A stretch of 64,000 nucleotides of DNA, taken from NCBI GenBank assembly GCA_965203805.1, contig OZ241917.1, positions 960,001 to 1,024,000 on the forward strand, read 5' to 3'. Positions 8,814-17,201 of this stretch are shown here, in pieces (the stretch's first letter is position 1; each line of letters starts with the position of its first letter). Source of the stretch: Candidatus Latescibacterota bacterium. Its GTDB lineage: Bacteria > Latescibacterota > UBA2968 > GCA-2709665. A model generated the notes under the pieces. It made no database searches. It was not told the origin of the DNA and saw only the letters and a program-made list of their open reading frames with translations. Made by a program: the position numbers and the translations under genes.

Positions 8814-9671
8814 ATGCAACCGGAACTGATCGCGGACTACAGTTGTGAAACGGGTGAAGGACCGCTCTGGCACCCGATTGAAAAAATGGTCTACTGGACC
8901 GATATTCCCGCGGGTCGCGTATTTCGTTACGACCCGACCACCGGAATGCACGAAATCTGTTACACAGGCGACGTCGTGGGTGGTTTTACCGTCCAGGCCG
9001 ACGGGTCCCTGCTCTTCTTCATGGAAAGAGGCGCGGTGCGTGTCTGGCGCGACGGCGAACTCTCCACGGTCATCGACGAGATTCCCGACGAGCGAGAGAC
9101 CCGGTTCAATGACGTCATTGCGGATCCCGAGGGGCGGGTATTCTGCGGGACCATGCCCACACCGGAGCGGCCGGGAAGGCTATACCGGCTGGACACGGAC
9201 GGTACGCTTCACCTGATCCTCGAAGACGTGGGGATTTCCAATGGAATGGGCTTCACGTCGGACCACAGGACCATGTATTTCACGGACACCCCCACACTGA
9301 ATATCTACCGGTTCGACTACGATCGAGAAACCGGCGTGATAACGAACCGGGAGGTGTTTGCAAAAGCGGCGGCAGGCGACGGGATGCCGGACGGTATGAC
9401 CGTGGACGCCCACGGCTATATCTGGTCGGCCCGGTGGGACGGCCACTGTCTTGTCCGCTACACGCCTCAAGGCGTCGAAGAACGGCGCATCCGATTCCCC
9501 GTCAGGAAAGTGTCGAGCCTCACCTTCGGCGGAGAAGACTGCGACGACATCTACGTGACAACGGCAGGCGGAAACATCAGACACGAAGACGGCGAACACG
9601 CCGGCGCCCTCTTCCGTCTGAACCTGGGCATCCGCGGCGTCCCGGAGTTCTACTCTCGCGTCGGACTGTAG
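8814..9671 (+). CDS. SMP-30/gluconolactonase/LRE family lactonase
   Basis: GEGPLW, RFNDV, SNGMGF, PDGMTVD motifs; AAGGAG RBS. Confidence 0.95.
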   Translation: MQPELIADYSCETGEGPLWHPIEKMVYWTDIPAGRVFRYDPTTGMHEICYTGDVVGGFTVQADGSLLFFMERGAVRVWRDGELSTVIDEIPDERETRFNDVIADPEGRVFCGTMPTPERPGRLYRLDTDGTLHLILEDVGISNGMGFTSDHRTMYFTDTPTLNIYRFDYDRETGVITNREVFAKAAAGDGMPDGMTVDAHGYIWSARWDGHCLVRYTPQGVEERRIRFPVRKVSSLTFGGEDCDDIYVTTAGGNIRHEDGEHAGALFRLNLGIRGVPEFYSRVGL

Positions 9672-9698
9672 CGATCATCACAACCACACGCCAACCCA

Positions 9699-9723
9699 GG
9701 GGCGACGCATGCGTCGCCCTTAC
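9699..9723 (-). repeat. GTAG-type REP palindrome
   Basis: Perfect 20-bp palindrome GGGCGACGCATGCGTCGCCC with a GTAA foot on the minus strand. Confidence 0.75.
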
Positions 9724-9962
9724 GCTTTTTCTGTTCCTGTCCGCTGTGTAAGAATCTCCAGGCGATCTCTAAACGAACCCGACGCTTCGTGCGTTTAACA
9801 ATAAAGACTCGGTATAAGCCGATTTTTCGCTGTGTTGGCGTTTGTAGAGTTACTTTTGAGGATCTGACATCGTACAATAACACGGAGACCCGAGTGGATT
9901 CTGTATTGGACATAGAATTCTCAACCTCACGGGAATTTGTCCCAAGGATACGACCATTGTAT

Positions 9963-10478
9963 ATGGACGAATCAGATCTGGTGGTCAGGGCACAGAACGG
10001 CGACATCGAAGCATTTGAAAAGCTTGTAGACATATACAAAGGCATGGTCTTGTCAATTGGCTACCAGATTGCGGGAAACGGTGATGACGCTCAGGATATC
10101 TGTCAGGAGAGCTTTATTAAGCTGAACAAAAACATCCGCAAGTACACGCAAACACACAGATTCTCGACCTGGCTATATAGAATGGTCGCAAATACAGCAA
10201 TCGACTACCTTCGAAAAGAGCGAAAGCGCCGGGGCGTGCGCCTCGAGCCCGACATTCCGGAGCCGAACCGGACGTTCGACCACGATCTTAGACTCTCGCT
10301 CGAACAGATTCTCGTCAAGCTCTCACCCAGGCAGCGAATCGCCTTTGTGCTACGGGACCTTCAAGGTTTTCCGCTGGAGGAAGTAGCGACAATACTCCGG
10401 TGCACCGGCGTGACTGTCCGGGTTCACCTTCACAATGCCCGGACACGAATCAGAAAAAACCTGGAGAACGAGATATGA
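9963..10478 (+). CDS. ECF sigma-70 factor
   Basis: AQNGDIEAFEKLV, DAQDICQESF, FSTWLYRM, region-4 HTH (LEEVATIL...TVRVHLHNAR). Confidence 0.95.
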   Translation: MDESDLVVRAQNGDIEAFEKLVDIYKGMVLSIGYQIAGNGDDAQDICQESFIKLNKNIRKYTQTHRFSTWLYRMVANTAIDYLRKERKRRGVRLEPDIPEPNRTFDHDLRLSLEQILVKLSPRQRIAFVLRDLQGFPLEEVATILRCTGVTVRVHLHNARTRIRKNLENEI

Positions 10479-11116
10479 TCTGTCGTATCGTACGGTTGTT
10501 TTTGCCGCTTTACATTGAAAACGACCTCCCGGACTTGATCGCGTCCAGGCTCTCCCGTCATCTTGGACATTGCGATTCATGTGTTGCTGACCGTCAGTCA
10601 TTCATGGGTTCTCAAAGCGCCGTGAGAGAGATTGCGACGCGCGAGATTCCACTGACACAACCAGAGCTGTTTTCGACGCAAACCGGATCTGGTCTTCAGG
10701 TCGCCCAGACCGATCAAGAGCCAATACATACAAGAACCAACCGTCAATTTGAATGGAGACCGGTATTTTTGTTTTCGGTCGCTGCCGTTGTGCTGATTGC
10801 AGCCATCGGATATCTGATGGAGCATTCGAGCGAGAATACCAAAGGGCAGACTGCCTATTCGGATGATACTGAAACGCGGACCGTTTTGACCGAAAGAAAG
10901 CCTCCCGATTTCCGGCCGCAGACCCGTGCCGAAATCTCCGCCTTGATGAAACGCTTAAATCCCAGGGCACACCTGACAGATGAAGATCTGGACGCCGAAT
11001 ATCCGGTACTCGTTTCGGTCAACCAACCCGATGTCGTGCCCGTTATTTATCGTACGAACGACCCTACCACAACAATTGTGTGGGTTCTGCCGCGGAAAGG
11101 AGCGAATCACCAATGA
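10475..11116 (+). CDS. Zinc-binding (zf-HC2/ZAS) membrane anti-sigma factor
   Basis: HLGHCDSC (HxxxCxxC) and a single TM helix; ATGA overlap with the sigma gene. Confidence 0.9.
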   Translation: MICRIVRLFLPLYIENDLPDLIASRLSRHLGHCDSCVADRQSFMGSQSAVREIATREIPLTQPELFSTQTGSGLQVAQTDQEPIHTRTNRQFEWRPVFLFSVAAVVLIAAIGYLMEHSSENTKGQTAYSDDTETRTVLTERKPPDFRPQTRAEISALMKRLNPRAHLTDEDLDAEYPVLVSVNQPDVVPVIYRTNDPTTTIVWVLPRKGANHQ

Positions 11117-11928
11117 AACAATGTAGATGCCGAGCGATCGCAACCGCCAGGTTTTCGACAATATTGGCCGCCGTTCTTTCTATAGCTGCATTCTCGTCTC
11201 CATGCAACGCTACGGGGACCGCGGATTCGACGAAAGCCGCTGACCTGGAGGAACTCCTTCCTCCAGGCGTCGAGATGTTCCATATCAAGTACCTCGCAGG
11301 CCCCACGGTCATAGAACTCTTGCAGGCTTTTGAAATCGAATACGAAAGCATCAAGAAGTATGGACGGACAAAGCTTTTCATCAAGTTCAAAAATCCGTTG
11401 TCCGCAGTGCGCGCCAGAAAACTGCTTGCCAAATTTGATATACCTCCCCGTCGGATCGAAATCCATTTACGACAGATATTGGCTTCGCACGTGGCATTTT
11501 ATGAAACTGTGGATGGGGTGAATCGCATGCTTGATCGTCCAATACCCGATGAGACCCTCCGGGATCAATTGAAACAGGCATTTAAATTCCACCACTACAA
11601 TCTCATGGGAAGCGGTAGATCGACTTCGAACGCGGGCAGCACGAGCAAGCCCTCACTGCAGATTACCCCCCCGCTGAAACTCGCGGACGCTTCGGGAGAC
11701 GAAGTCTTGAACTTCGCCGCCACAAATGCGAGCTATTGGTTGGAATTCATCGATGAGGGCAAGGGTGTGATTCAGTTACGAAGTCTTAAAGTTCTCTCGA
11801 TTGGGAGCCATGGTCTTAACACTTCACTGAACATCAAGAACGGCGAGACGGTCATTGTGGGGAGATCAGTTCACGACGAAGACGACATTGCAATTATAAC
11901 CGTTGTCAGCGCAAGGACGGTGGATTGA
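11113..11928 (+). CDS. Secreted protein with a secretin-N (NolW-like) domain and a reduced secretin-like C-terminus
   Basis: Signal peptide; MFHIKYL...LLAKFDIPPRRIEI and NTSLNIKNGETVIVG patterns; ATGA overlap with the anti-sigma gene. Confidence 0.65.
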   Translation: MKQCRCRAIATARFSTILAAVLSIAAFSSPCNATGTADSTKAADLEELLPPGVEMFHIKYLAGPTVIELLQAFEIEYESIKKYGRTKLFIKFKNPLSAVRARKLLAKFDIPPRRIEIHLRQILASHVAFYETVDGVNRMLDRPIPDETLRDQLKQAFKFHHYNLMGSGRSTSNAGSTSKPSLQITPPLKLADASGDEVLNFAATNASYWLEFIDEGKGVIQLRSLKVLSIGSHGLNTSLNIKNGETVIVGRSVHDEDDIAIITVVSARTVD

Positions 11929-11955
11929 GCAGAACGTCCGTTGATGGTGTATAAA

Positions 11956-11994
11956 CGAAAAAGCCTGATATGCAATGACATATCAGGCTTTGTT
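11956..11994. terminator. Bidirectional intrinsic terminator, copy 1 of an exact 39-bp direct repeat
   Basis: AAAGCCTGATATG-CAATGA-CATATCAGGCTTT 13-bp stem with A/T flanks. Confidence 0.85.
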
Positions 11995-12090
11995 TATGTG
12001 ATCATTAAAGATGGACGGGGCCAGCCACGTGGTGCAGAAGACAGGTCAAGTCATGATCGGCAAGCTGCTGACACCCCAGCCGCCGAAGCC

Positions 12091-12114
12091 GGGCGCCCAC
12101 AAGGGACGCCCTAC
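12091..12114 (-). repeat. GTAG-type REP
   Basis: Minus strand GTAGGGCGTCCCTTGTGGGCGCCC. Confidence 0.75.
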
Positions 12115-12176
12115 ACGACAGTGCCGGATTTCTGGAAATGTGGCCGTGGCCCGAATCTCCTACGCAATGGCATAGC

Positions 12177-12200
12177 GGGCGGTTCGCGAATCGCCCCTAC
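12177..12200 (-). repeat. GTAG-type REP
   Basis: Minus strand GTAGGGGCGATTCGCGAACCGCCC. Confidence 0.8.
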
Positions 12201-12268
12201 TACAAACCGGACGTCCGTGAGTTGATATCGCGTGTGAAATCGCCGATCAATGGGGTCCGGCGGTGTCC

Positions 12269-12303
12269 TCTACCGTCTACCCTCTTACGTCTCACGTCGC
12301 ACC
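12269..12303. repeat. Degenerate tandem heptamer repeat
   Basis: TCTACCG TCTACCC TCTTACG TCTCACG TCGCACC. Confidence 0.5.
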
Positions 12304-12513
12304 GCCCTTAGCCGCCCGCCTCATCCCCTGGCCAGGTTCCGGCAGGCCCTGATGAGATCCGATGAATACGGTATGAAAAACTACGGATCACACATCCCCC
12401 GCTTGCCTGAGGTTTCAGAATTCCCTATCTTGAATGTATTCAACGTGAGTCTGTTGTCGGTGGACCGGTATAATTTCACCGTCACATGCCTATCAAACAG
12501 GTTGGAGCGAACG

Positions 12514-12765
12514 ATGTCAACGCGACAGGTTGTAATTGACGTACCGGAGAAGGTGATGCTGGCTGCAAGCAGCGATGAGGCCGACTTCGCCCGCTTATTG
12601 CGAACTTCAGCCGCTGTAAAGATGTATGAACTGGGTCGCCTTTCTTCAGGCCGGGCTGCCGAACTCGCGGGCACGTCACGGGTTGAATTCCTGTTGGCCC
12701 TCGAAAAGTACAGGGTTTTTCCATTGGAGGCTGAGTTAAGAGACCTGAAACGCCAACATGCCTGA
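12514..12765 (+). CDS. UPF0175-family HTH protein (putative antitoxin)
   Basis: AAVKMYELGRLSSGRAAELAGTSRVEFL signature; GGAG RBS; 83 aa. Confidence 0.9.
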   Translation: MSTRQVVIDVPEKVMLAASSDEADFARLLRTSAAVKMYELGRLSSGRAAELAGTSRVEFLLALEKYRVFPLEAELRDLKRQHA

Positions 12766-12829
12766 AGTGATAAGCAATGCGCCGAAAGCCGACCGTCCGG
12801 TCGCCCCTACAACATGCGAAAAAGCCTGA
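12758..12829 (+). pseudogene. 5' stump of a DUF3368/PIN-type toxin gene
   Basis: Overlapping start ATGCCTGA encodes MPEVISN, the typical N-terminus of UPF0175 partners; then runs into a REP and stops after 23 codons. Confidence 0.65.
12788..12810 (-). repeat. GTAG-type REP
   Basis: Minus strand GTAGGGGCGACCGGACGGTCGGC. Confidence 0.8.
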
Positions 12830-12855
12830 TATGCAATGACATATCAGGCTTTGTT
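12817..12855. terminator. Bidirectional intrinsic terminator, copy 2 of the exact 39-bp direct repeat
   Basis: Identical to 11956-11994. Confidence 0.85.
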
Positions 12856-12910
12856 CATTCAACAGCGAAGGGTTGGCAGAAACGGCAATCTTGCGTCAAT
12901 CCAGCCCCAA

Positions 12911-13696
12911 TTATCCCCGCGCGAGGTCGCGATACGCCCGGAAGAGATCCGCGTAGTACGCCGTAAACATCCACAGATCGCCCACCCCGCGGTCCGCACT
13001 GCGTTCCGCTTCGGCCGACATATATCCGTCGTATCCTTTTTCGTGAAGCAGCCGGAACAGCTCTCTGTAAGGATATCCCTGTCCGGCGAGGTCGTGCATG
13101 TGCACGTGGTCCAGCCATGGCCAGACCGTGTCCAGCGCCTGCTTGACCGACCCGTCGACCACGTCCTCAGCCACCGAGTTCCAGATCAGTCCGATATTCT
13201 CGTGGTCCACCCTGTCGGCCACCGCCCGGCAGGATCGCCAGTCGAATTCACCGTGCAGTTCCAGGCAAGGTTTGATACTTTTCGCGGAGCCGTACGCGCA
13301 TAGCTCCTGGAGCGCATCGGCCACCTGGGCGATCGTCCTCTCTTTCGGCACTTCTTTGGGGAAATTGTTCCCGAAGACCCTCACCCTGGGCGCCCCCAGG
13401 TCCGCTGCCAGATCCATCCGCACCTTGGTCTGTTCGATCTGGTCCCGCAAGTCGGACGCGTCGACGTCGTGATACCGGTTTCCCGTGGCGATGCTCATGA
13501 TTTCGATCCCGGCCGCGCCGCAATCGGCAACCACCTGCCTGCGTTCGGCGTCGTCAATCGACGCCTCCACCCCGTGTCCGTGCCCCAGGTCCGTCCGGAA
13601 TTCAACCCCCTCGACGCCATGGTCACTCAGCGTCTGCAGCAAGTCCTGTCGCGAAAGTTCCTTCAGAACACCATAGGTCATCCAGGATAGTTTCAT
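12911..13696 (-). CDS. Sugar phosphate isomerase/epimerase (TIM barrel)
   Basis: GVEFR, LELHG, HVHMHD, GYDGYMSAE; AGGAG RBS. Confidence 0.9.
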   Translation of the reverse strand: MKLSWMTYGVLKELSRQDLLQTLSDHGVEGVEFRTDLGHGHGVEASIDDAERRQVVADCGAAGIEIMSIATGNRYHDVDASDLRDQIEQTKVRMDLAADLGAPRVRVFGNNFPKEVPKERTIAQVADALQELCAYGSAKSIKPCLELHGEFDWRSCRAVADRVDHENIGLIWNSVAEDVVDGSVKQALDTVWPWLDHVHMHDLAGQGYPYRELFRLLHEKGYDGYMSAEAERSADRGVGDLWMFTAYYADLFRAYRDLARG

Positions 13697-13759
13697 TTAC
13701 GACTCTCCTCTGACAAGCTGTCTTAAGGGTGATAAGCCGACCGCCGTCCTCGGCTTACA

Positions 13760-14485
13760 TCAGACCACCGGCTCCTTGCCGATCCTTGCAAAACCCTCCG
13801 CGTACCGGCAGTCGTTCATCCCGGCCATATGCTGCGCCTCGATGGCGCGGTACCGGTTCAGGACGGTATAAACTTCCGGCAAGGGCGGCTGAGCGGCGAG
13901 TTTCTTCAAGGCTTCGATCTTCTGTTCGAAAACCGATGAAATATCCACGTACAGATCGGGGACGAACCCGGAAACCGGCGACGTCCCCATTGTGGTTTCA
14001 TAACAGACGACAAGCGGTCGCCCACACGGGGTATCGGCGGTATTGATTCCCCCTGCATTGCAATACGAACACGCCCACAACACGGCCTGCGTGGTCTCCA
14101 CGTGGTCGGGATGCATCACATCGTTGACCCAGTGACTCAGCACGAGGTCCGGTCTGAACCGCCGAACCGCTTCCAGCAACTGCAGCCGGCGTTCGGGGCC
14201 GACCACCAGCGGACTGTCACCGAAGTCGAAACAGTCGATGCTCGCGCCAAGGATCTCCGCGGCGGCCTCGAATTCCGCCTTGCGCTTTTCCTTGACGTCC
14301 TCCAGCGTCCGGTACGGGTCCTCCGCCCACAATGCCGGCGATTCGCAACGTTCTCCGAAGGTCAGATTATGGACGTGTACCGTACCGCCGGCCTCGACGA
14401 AACGGATGATCGCACCGCCGGCGCGCGAGCAGAAATCCGCTGCGTGAGCGCTGAAGACCAGAACCCGCATTCCCTCTCGAATCAT
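13760..14485 (-). CDS. PIG-L/LmbE-family metalloenzyme, GalB (4-oxalomesaconate hydratase)-like
   Basis: SAHAADF-x-RAGG, FGER-x-ES-x-LW, HPDH motifs as in the GalB subfamily. Confidence 0.8.
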   Translation of the reverse strand: MIREGMRVLVFSAHAADFCSRAGGAIIRFVEAGGTVHVHNLTFGERCESPALWAEDPYRTLEDVKEKRKAEFEAAAEILGASIDCFDFGDSPLVVGPERRLQLLEAVRRFRPDLVLSHWVNDVMHPDHVETTQAVLWACSYCNAGGINTADTPCGRPLVVCYETTMGTSPVSGFVPDLYVDISSVFEQKIEALKKLAAQPPLPEVYTVLNRYRAIEAQHMAGMNDCRYAEGFARIGKEPVV

Positions 14486-14534
14486 CCCGCTTCCCCCCAA
14501 GAAGCCCACAGTTTCGCTGAAGCTCGCACGTCTG

Positions 14535-15287
14535 CTACGTATCCTGACCGTATTGGCGCAGCGTCCCGTCGTCTTCCGGTGTATACCCGAGCATTTCCCG
14601 GGCATTGGTCAGGTCCCATTTCTTCTCACAGCCGGCCGACACCCCGTAGAAGATCCCGAACGGCACATGACTCGATTCGATGGACCTCCGGACCAGTTGC
14701 GCGAGATCCCTCGGACTCAGCCAGCGGGAACACCCCGGCTCATACCGCTGTCCAGGCACGTCCTCGCCATTGAAATTCGCCACCCGAAGGCAGATCACAC
14801 GGACTCCGTGCCGGTCCGAGTAGAACCTCCCGAGGGCTTCGCCGAAGGCCTTTCCCGCCCCGTATACGCCATCCGGCCGCACCGGGCTTTCCGGGGTCGA
14901 AACAAGCCCTTCTCTCTCGTATAACCCGGTCACGTGGTTGGTGCTTGCGAAAACGACCGCGGGCACCTCATTTATTCGTGCAGCCTCGAGAATATTGTAC
15001 ACGCCCGGGATATCCACATCCAGGGTTGCCTTCGCGACGTCCTCCGGCGTCATCCCACCCCATCTCCGGATGGCCAGGTGCACAATGGCGTCGACGCCGG
15101 CCGCGGCTTCGACCATCGCCGCACCGTCCGCCACACTGCCGACTACCACCTGGTCGTCCGGATGCACATCATCGGGAACCTTCGAGTGCAGCAGGAGCCG
15201 AAAACGGTATCGCTCTCGCAGACGGTTCCGGATCGACGTCCCCAGCGAGCCGGCCGCGCCGGTCAGAAATATCCGCTTCTTCCGCAT
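14535..15287 (-). CDS. NAD(P)-dependent epimerase/dehydrogenase, uronate-dehydrogenase-like
   Basis: TGAAGSLG, VVFASTNH, RPDGVYGAGKAFGE, WLSPRD. Confidence 0.85.
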   Translation of the reverse strand: MRKKRIFLTGAAGSLGTSIRNRLRERYRFRLLLHSKVPDDVHPDDQVVVGSVADGAAMVEAAAGVDAIVHLAIRRWGGMTPEDVAKATLDVDIPGVYNILEAARINEVPAVVFASTNHVTGLYEREGLVSTPESPVRPDGVYGAGKAFGEALGRFYSDRHGVRVICLRVANFNGEDVPGQRYEPGCSRWLSPRDLAQLVRRSIESSHVPFGIFYGVSAGCEKKWDLTNAREMLGYTPEDDGTLRQYGQDT

Positions 15288-15563
15288 AGCGCGTGCGGCC
15301 CCCTCTGCTGTGGTTGATCGAAGAACACAGAATCCAACTTTCGTGCGGCCTCAATGAAGGGAAGATGGCAGACAGGTACGGAAATCAGTCGATCGCGTGG
15401 GACCGGAAGCGCCGTGAAGTAGACCGGCATGATTCGGATCCTGAAGATAGCGCGTGCTTCCCGAAAACGCAATACCGATTCATCCGGGAGGGCCTTGAAT
15501 ACCGGTTCGTTTCTGTATATCTTATCGCAGCTGAAAGTCCCCTTCCATTGTTCCGGAGGCAAC

Positions 15564-16328
15564 GTGACGCCGATCGACATCCCGTGGCTTCTCGGCATCG
15601 TCGGGAAAGCCGGAGAAATCGCCCTGTCCCACTTCGGCAGGACGAAAGGGACGCTCAAGTCCGACAATTCCTGGGTAACCCAGGCGGACCTGGACGTGGA
15701 GGCCTATCTCAGGAAGGAACTCGCTTCGACGTTTCCGGACGATGCCGTGCTCGGCGAAGAGGGCGACGACCCGCCGCCGACGTCATCGAACGTGTGGGCG
15801 ATCGATCCGATCGACGGTACGCGGGCATTCAACCACGGCCTGCCCGTCTGGGGCGTCTCGATCGGCCTGTTAATAAACGGCCGGCCGGCCGCCGGCGCGT
15901 TCATTCTCCCGGTTCTGGGAGACCTCTATTACACCGACGGCGACACCGCTTTCTACAACGGCACTCCGCTCACGCCGCCGACATCCGTTCTGGACGCCAA
16001 CGCCCTGCTGCTGGTCAGCGAAGGCGCATTCAAACAACTCAGGATCGATTACCCGGGCAAGACCCTCAGCCTCGGGTCGGCCGCGGCGCACCTCTGTTAC
16101 GTCGCGCGCGGCTGTGCGGTGGGCGCATTCGACCATGCCTCCGTCTGGGACTACGCCGCGGGCGCTGCCATCCTGCAAGTGCTGGGCGTTCGCCTGCGGT
16201 ATATCTCAGGAAGGGCCGTGGACTTCGAGGAGTTATTCAGGTTGAAGGAAGCGCCTGAACCCACGCTCGCAGCGCCCGATGTCCACTTCGCCTCCCTCCG
16301 GAACGCATTCCGGTCCGCTGAAGGATAG
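15564..16328 (+). CDS. Inositol monophosphatase family protein
   Basis: VTQAD, LGEE, WAIDPIDGT, WDYAAG; GGAGG before GTG 15564. Confidence 0.93.
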   Translation: MTPIDIPWLLGIVGKAGEIALSHFGRTKGTLKSDNSWVTQADLDVEAYLRKELASTFPDDAVLGEEGDDPPPTSSNVWAIDPIDGTRAFNHGLPVWGVSIGLLINGRPAAGAFILPVLGDLYYTDGDTAFYNGTPLTPPTSVLDANALLLVSEGAFKQLRIDYPGKTLSLGSAAAHLCYVARGCAVGAFDHASVWDYAAGAAILQVLGVRLRYISGRAVDFEELFRLKEAPEPTLAAPDVHFASLRNAFRSAEG

Positions 16329-16392
16329 CCGGGGGGCTCAGTTTTGACTCAGAAACGGGAACCAACGCGGAAGTTCCGGCTCGACCGGAAGG

Positions 16393-17151
16393 CTAATCCG
16401 ATATCCCGTAGATTCTCGCCAGGTTCTCGCCGAAAATCAGCCGTTCGGCATCGGACCCCAACTCCAGCCGCTGGATGGCCCGCTTCACCTGGATAGGCCG
16501 GTATTCCGGAAGGTTTGAACCGAAGACCACCCGCTCCGGCCCCAGTTCCCTCACCGCCGTTCCGACTTCCACCGGTACGGTCTCCTCCGGGTTGTCCGCC
16601 CATCGCTTGTGAAAGCGCAAGACGGTCGTGCCCATGTAAACGTTTTCGTATTGCAGGCACACTGCCATGGCCGCGTCGAAATGGTCCGGAAAACCCATGT
16701 GGTCCAGGATAACCGCGGTATCGGGAACGCGCTCTGCAATCGTTGCGGCCCGGTCCGCGCTGCAGTTCTCCACACCGGTATGAATCGAAATGACAATGCC
16801 AAGCTCCTGTGCGGCGTCCGCGAACGGATAGACCATTGGATCGTCCACCTCGAACCGGTGGATTGCGCCCATCAGCTTCATACCCTTCGCGCCGCGGGAC
16901 GCGTAATTCCTGAGCTGCGCAACTCCCTCCGCCCCCAGGTGGGGATCCATCATTACACAAGGCAGCAGATTCGGGTGTCCCGCGGTCCGTACCAGCAACC
17001 CGTCATTGTCCGGATCCTCTTTCGCGTCCGGCATCACCACCGCCATGTCGATCCCCGCCTCCGCCTCGCACTCCAACAATGCCGCGACTGTCATGGGGCG
17101 TCCGTACCAATCTCCCGCCAGGTAGGCTTCGAAATCTGCGGTTACTGCCAT
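16393..17151 (-). CDS. Amidohydrolase_2 family metallo-hydrolase/decarboxylase
   Basis: KGMKL, IHTG, LDHMG, VVFGSNLP; AAGGAGG RBS. Confidence 0.85.
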   Translation of the reverse strand: MAVTADFEAYLAGDWYGRPMTVAALLECEAEAGIDMAVVMPDAKEDPDNDGLLVRTAGHPNLLPCVMMDPHLGAEGVAQLRNYASRGAKGMKLMGAIHRFEVDDPMVYPFADAAQELGIVISIHTGVENCSADRAATIAERVPDTAVILDHMGFPDHFDAAMAVCLQYENVYMGTTVLRFHKRWADNPEETVPVEVGTAVRELGPERVVFGSNLPEYRPIQVKRAIQRLELGSDAERLIFGENLARIYGISD

Positions 17152-17201
17152 GGAATGACCTCCTTATCACGCTTTGGCGTTCCGTCGCCGGACCCCGGCG
17201 C

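Noticed and set aside
9789-9962. N-terminal extension of the ECF sigma factor
   Set aside because: AT-rich promoter-like DNA; sigma homology begins at Met 9963
11956-12855. 39-bp palindromic direct repeat as a CRISPR array
   Set aside because: Only two copies 822 bp apart, no cas genes; has terminator structure
13733-13757. TAAGCCGA...TCGGCTTA hairpin as a REP
   Set aside because: No GTAG foot or similarity to the other REPs; likely a simple intergenic stem-loop
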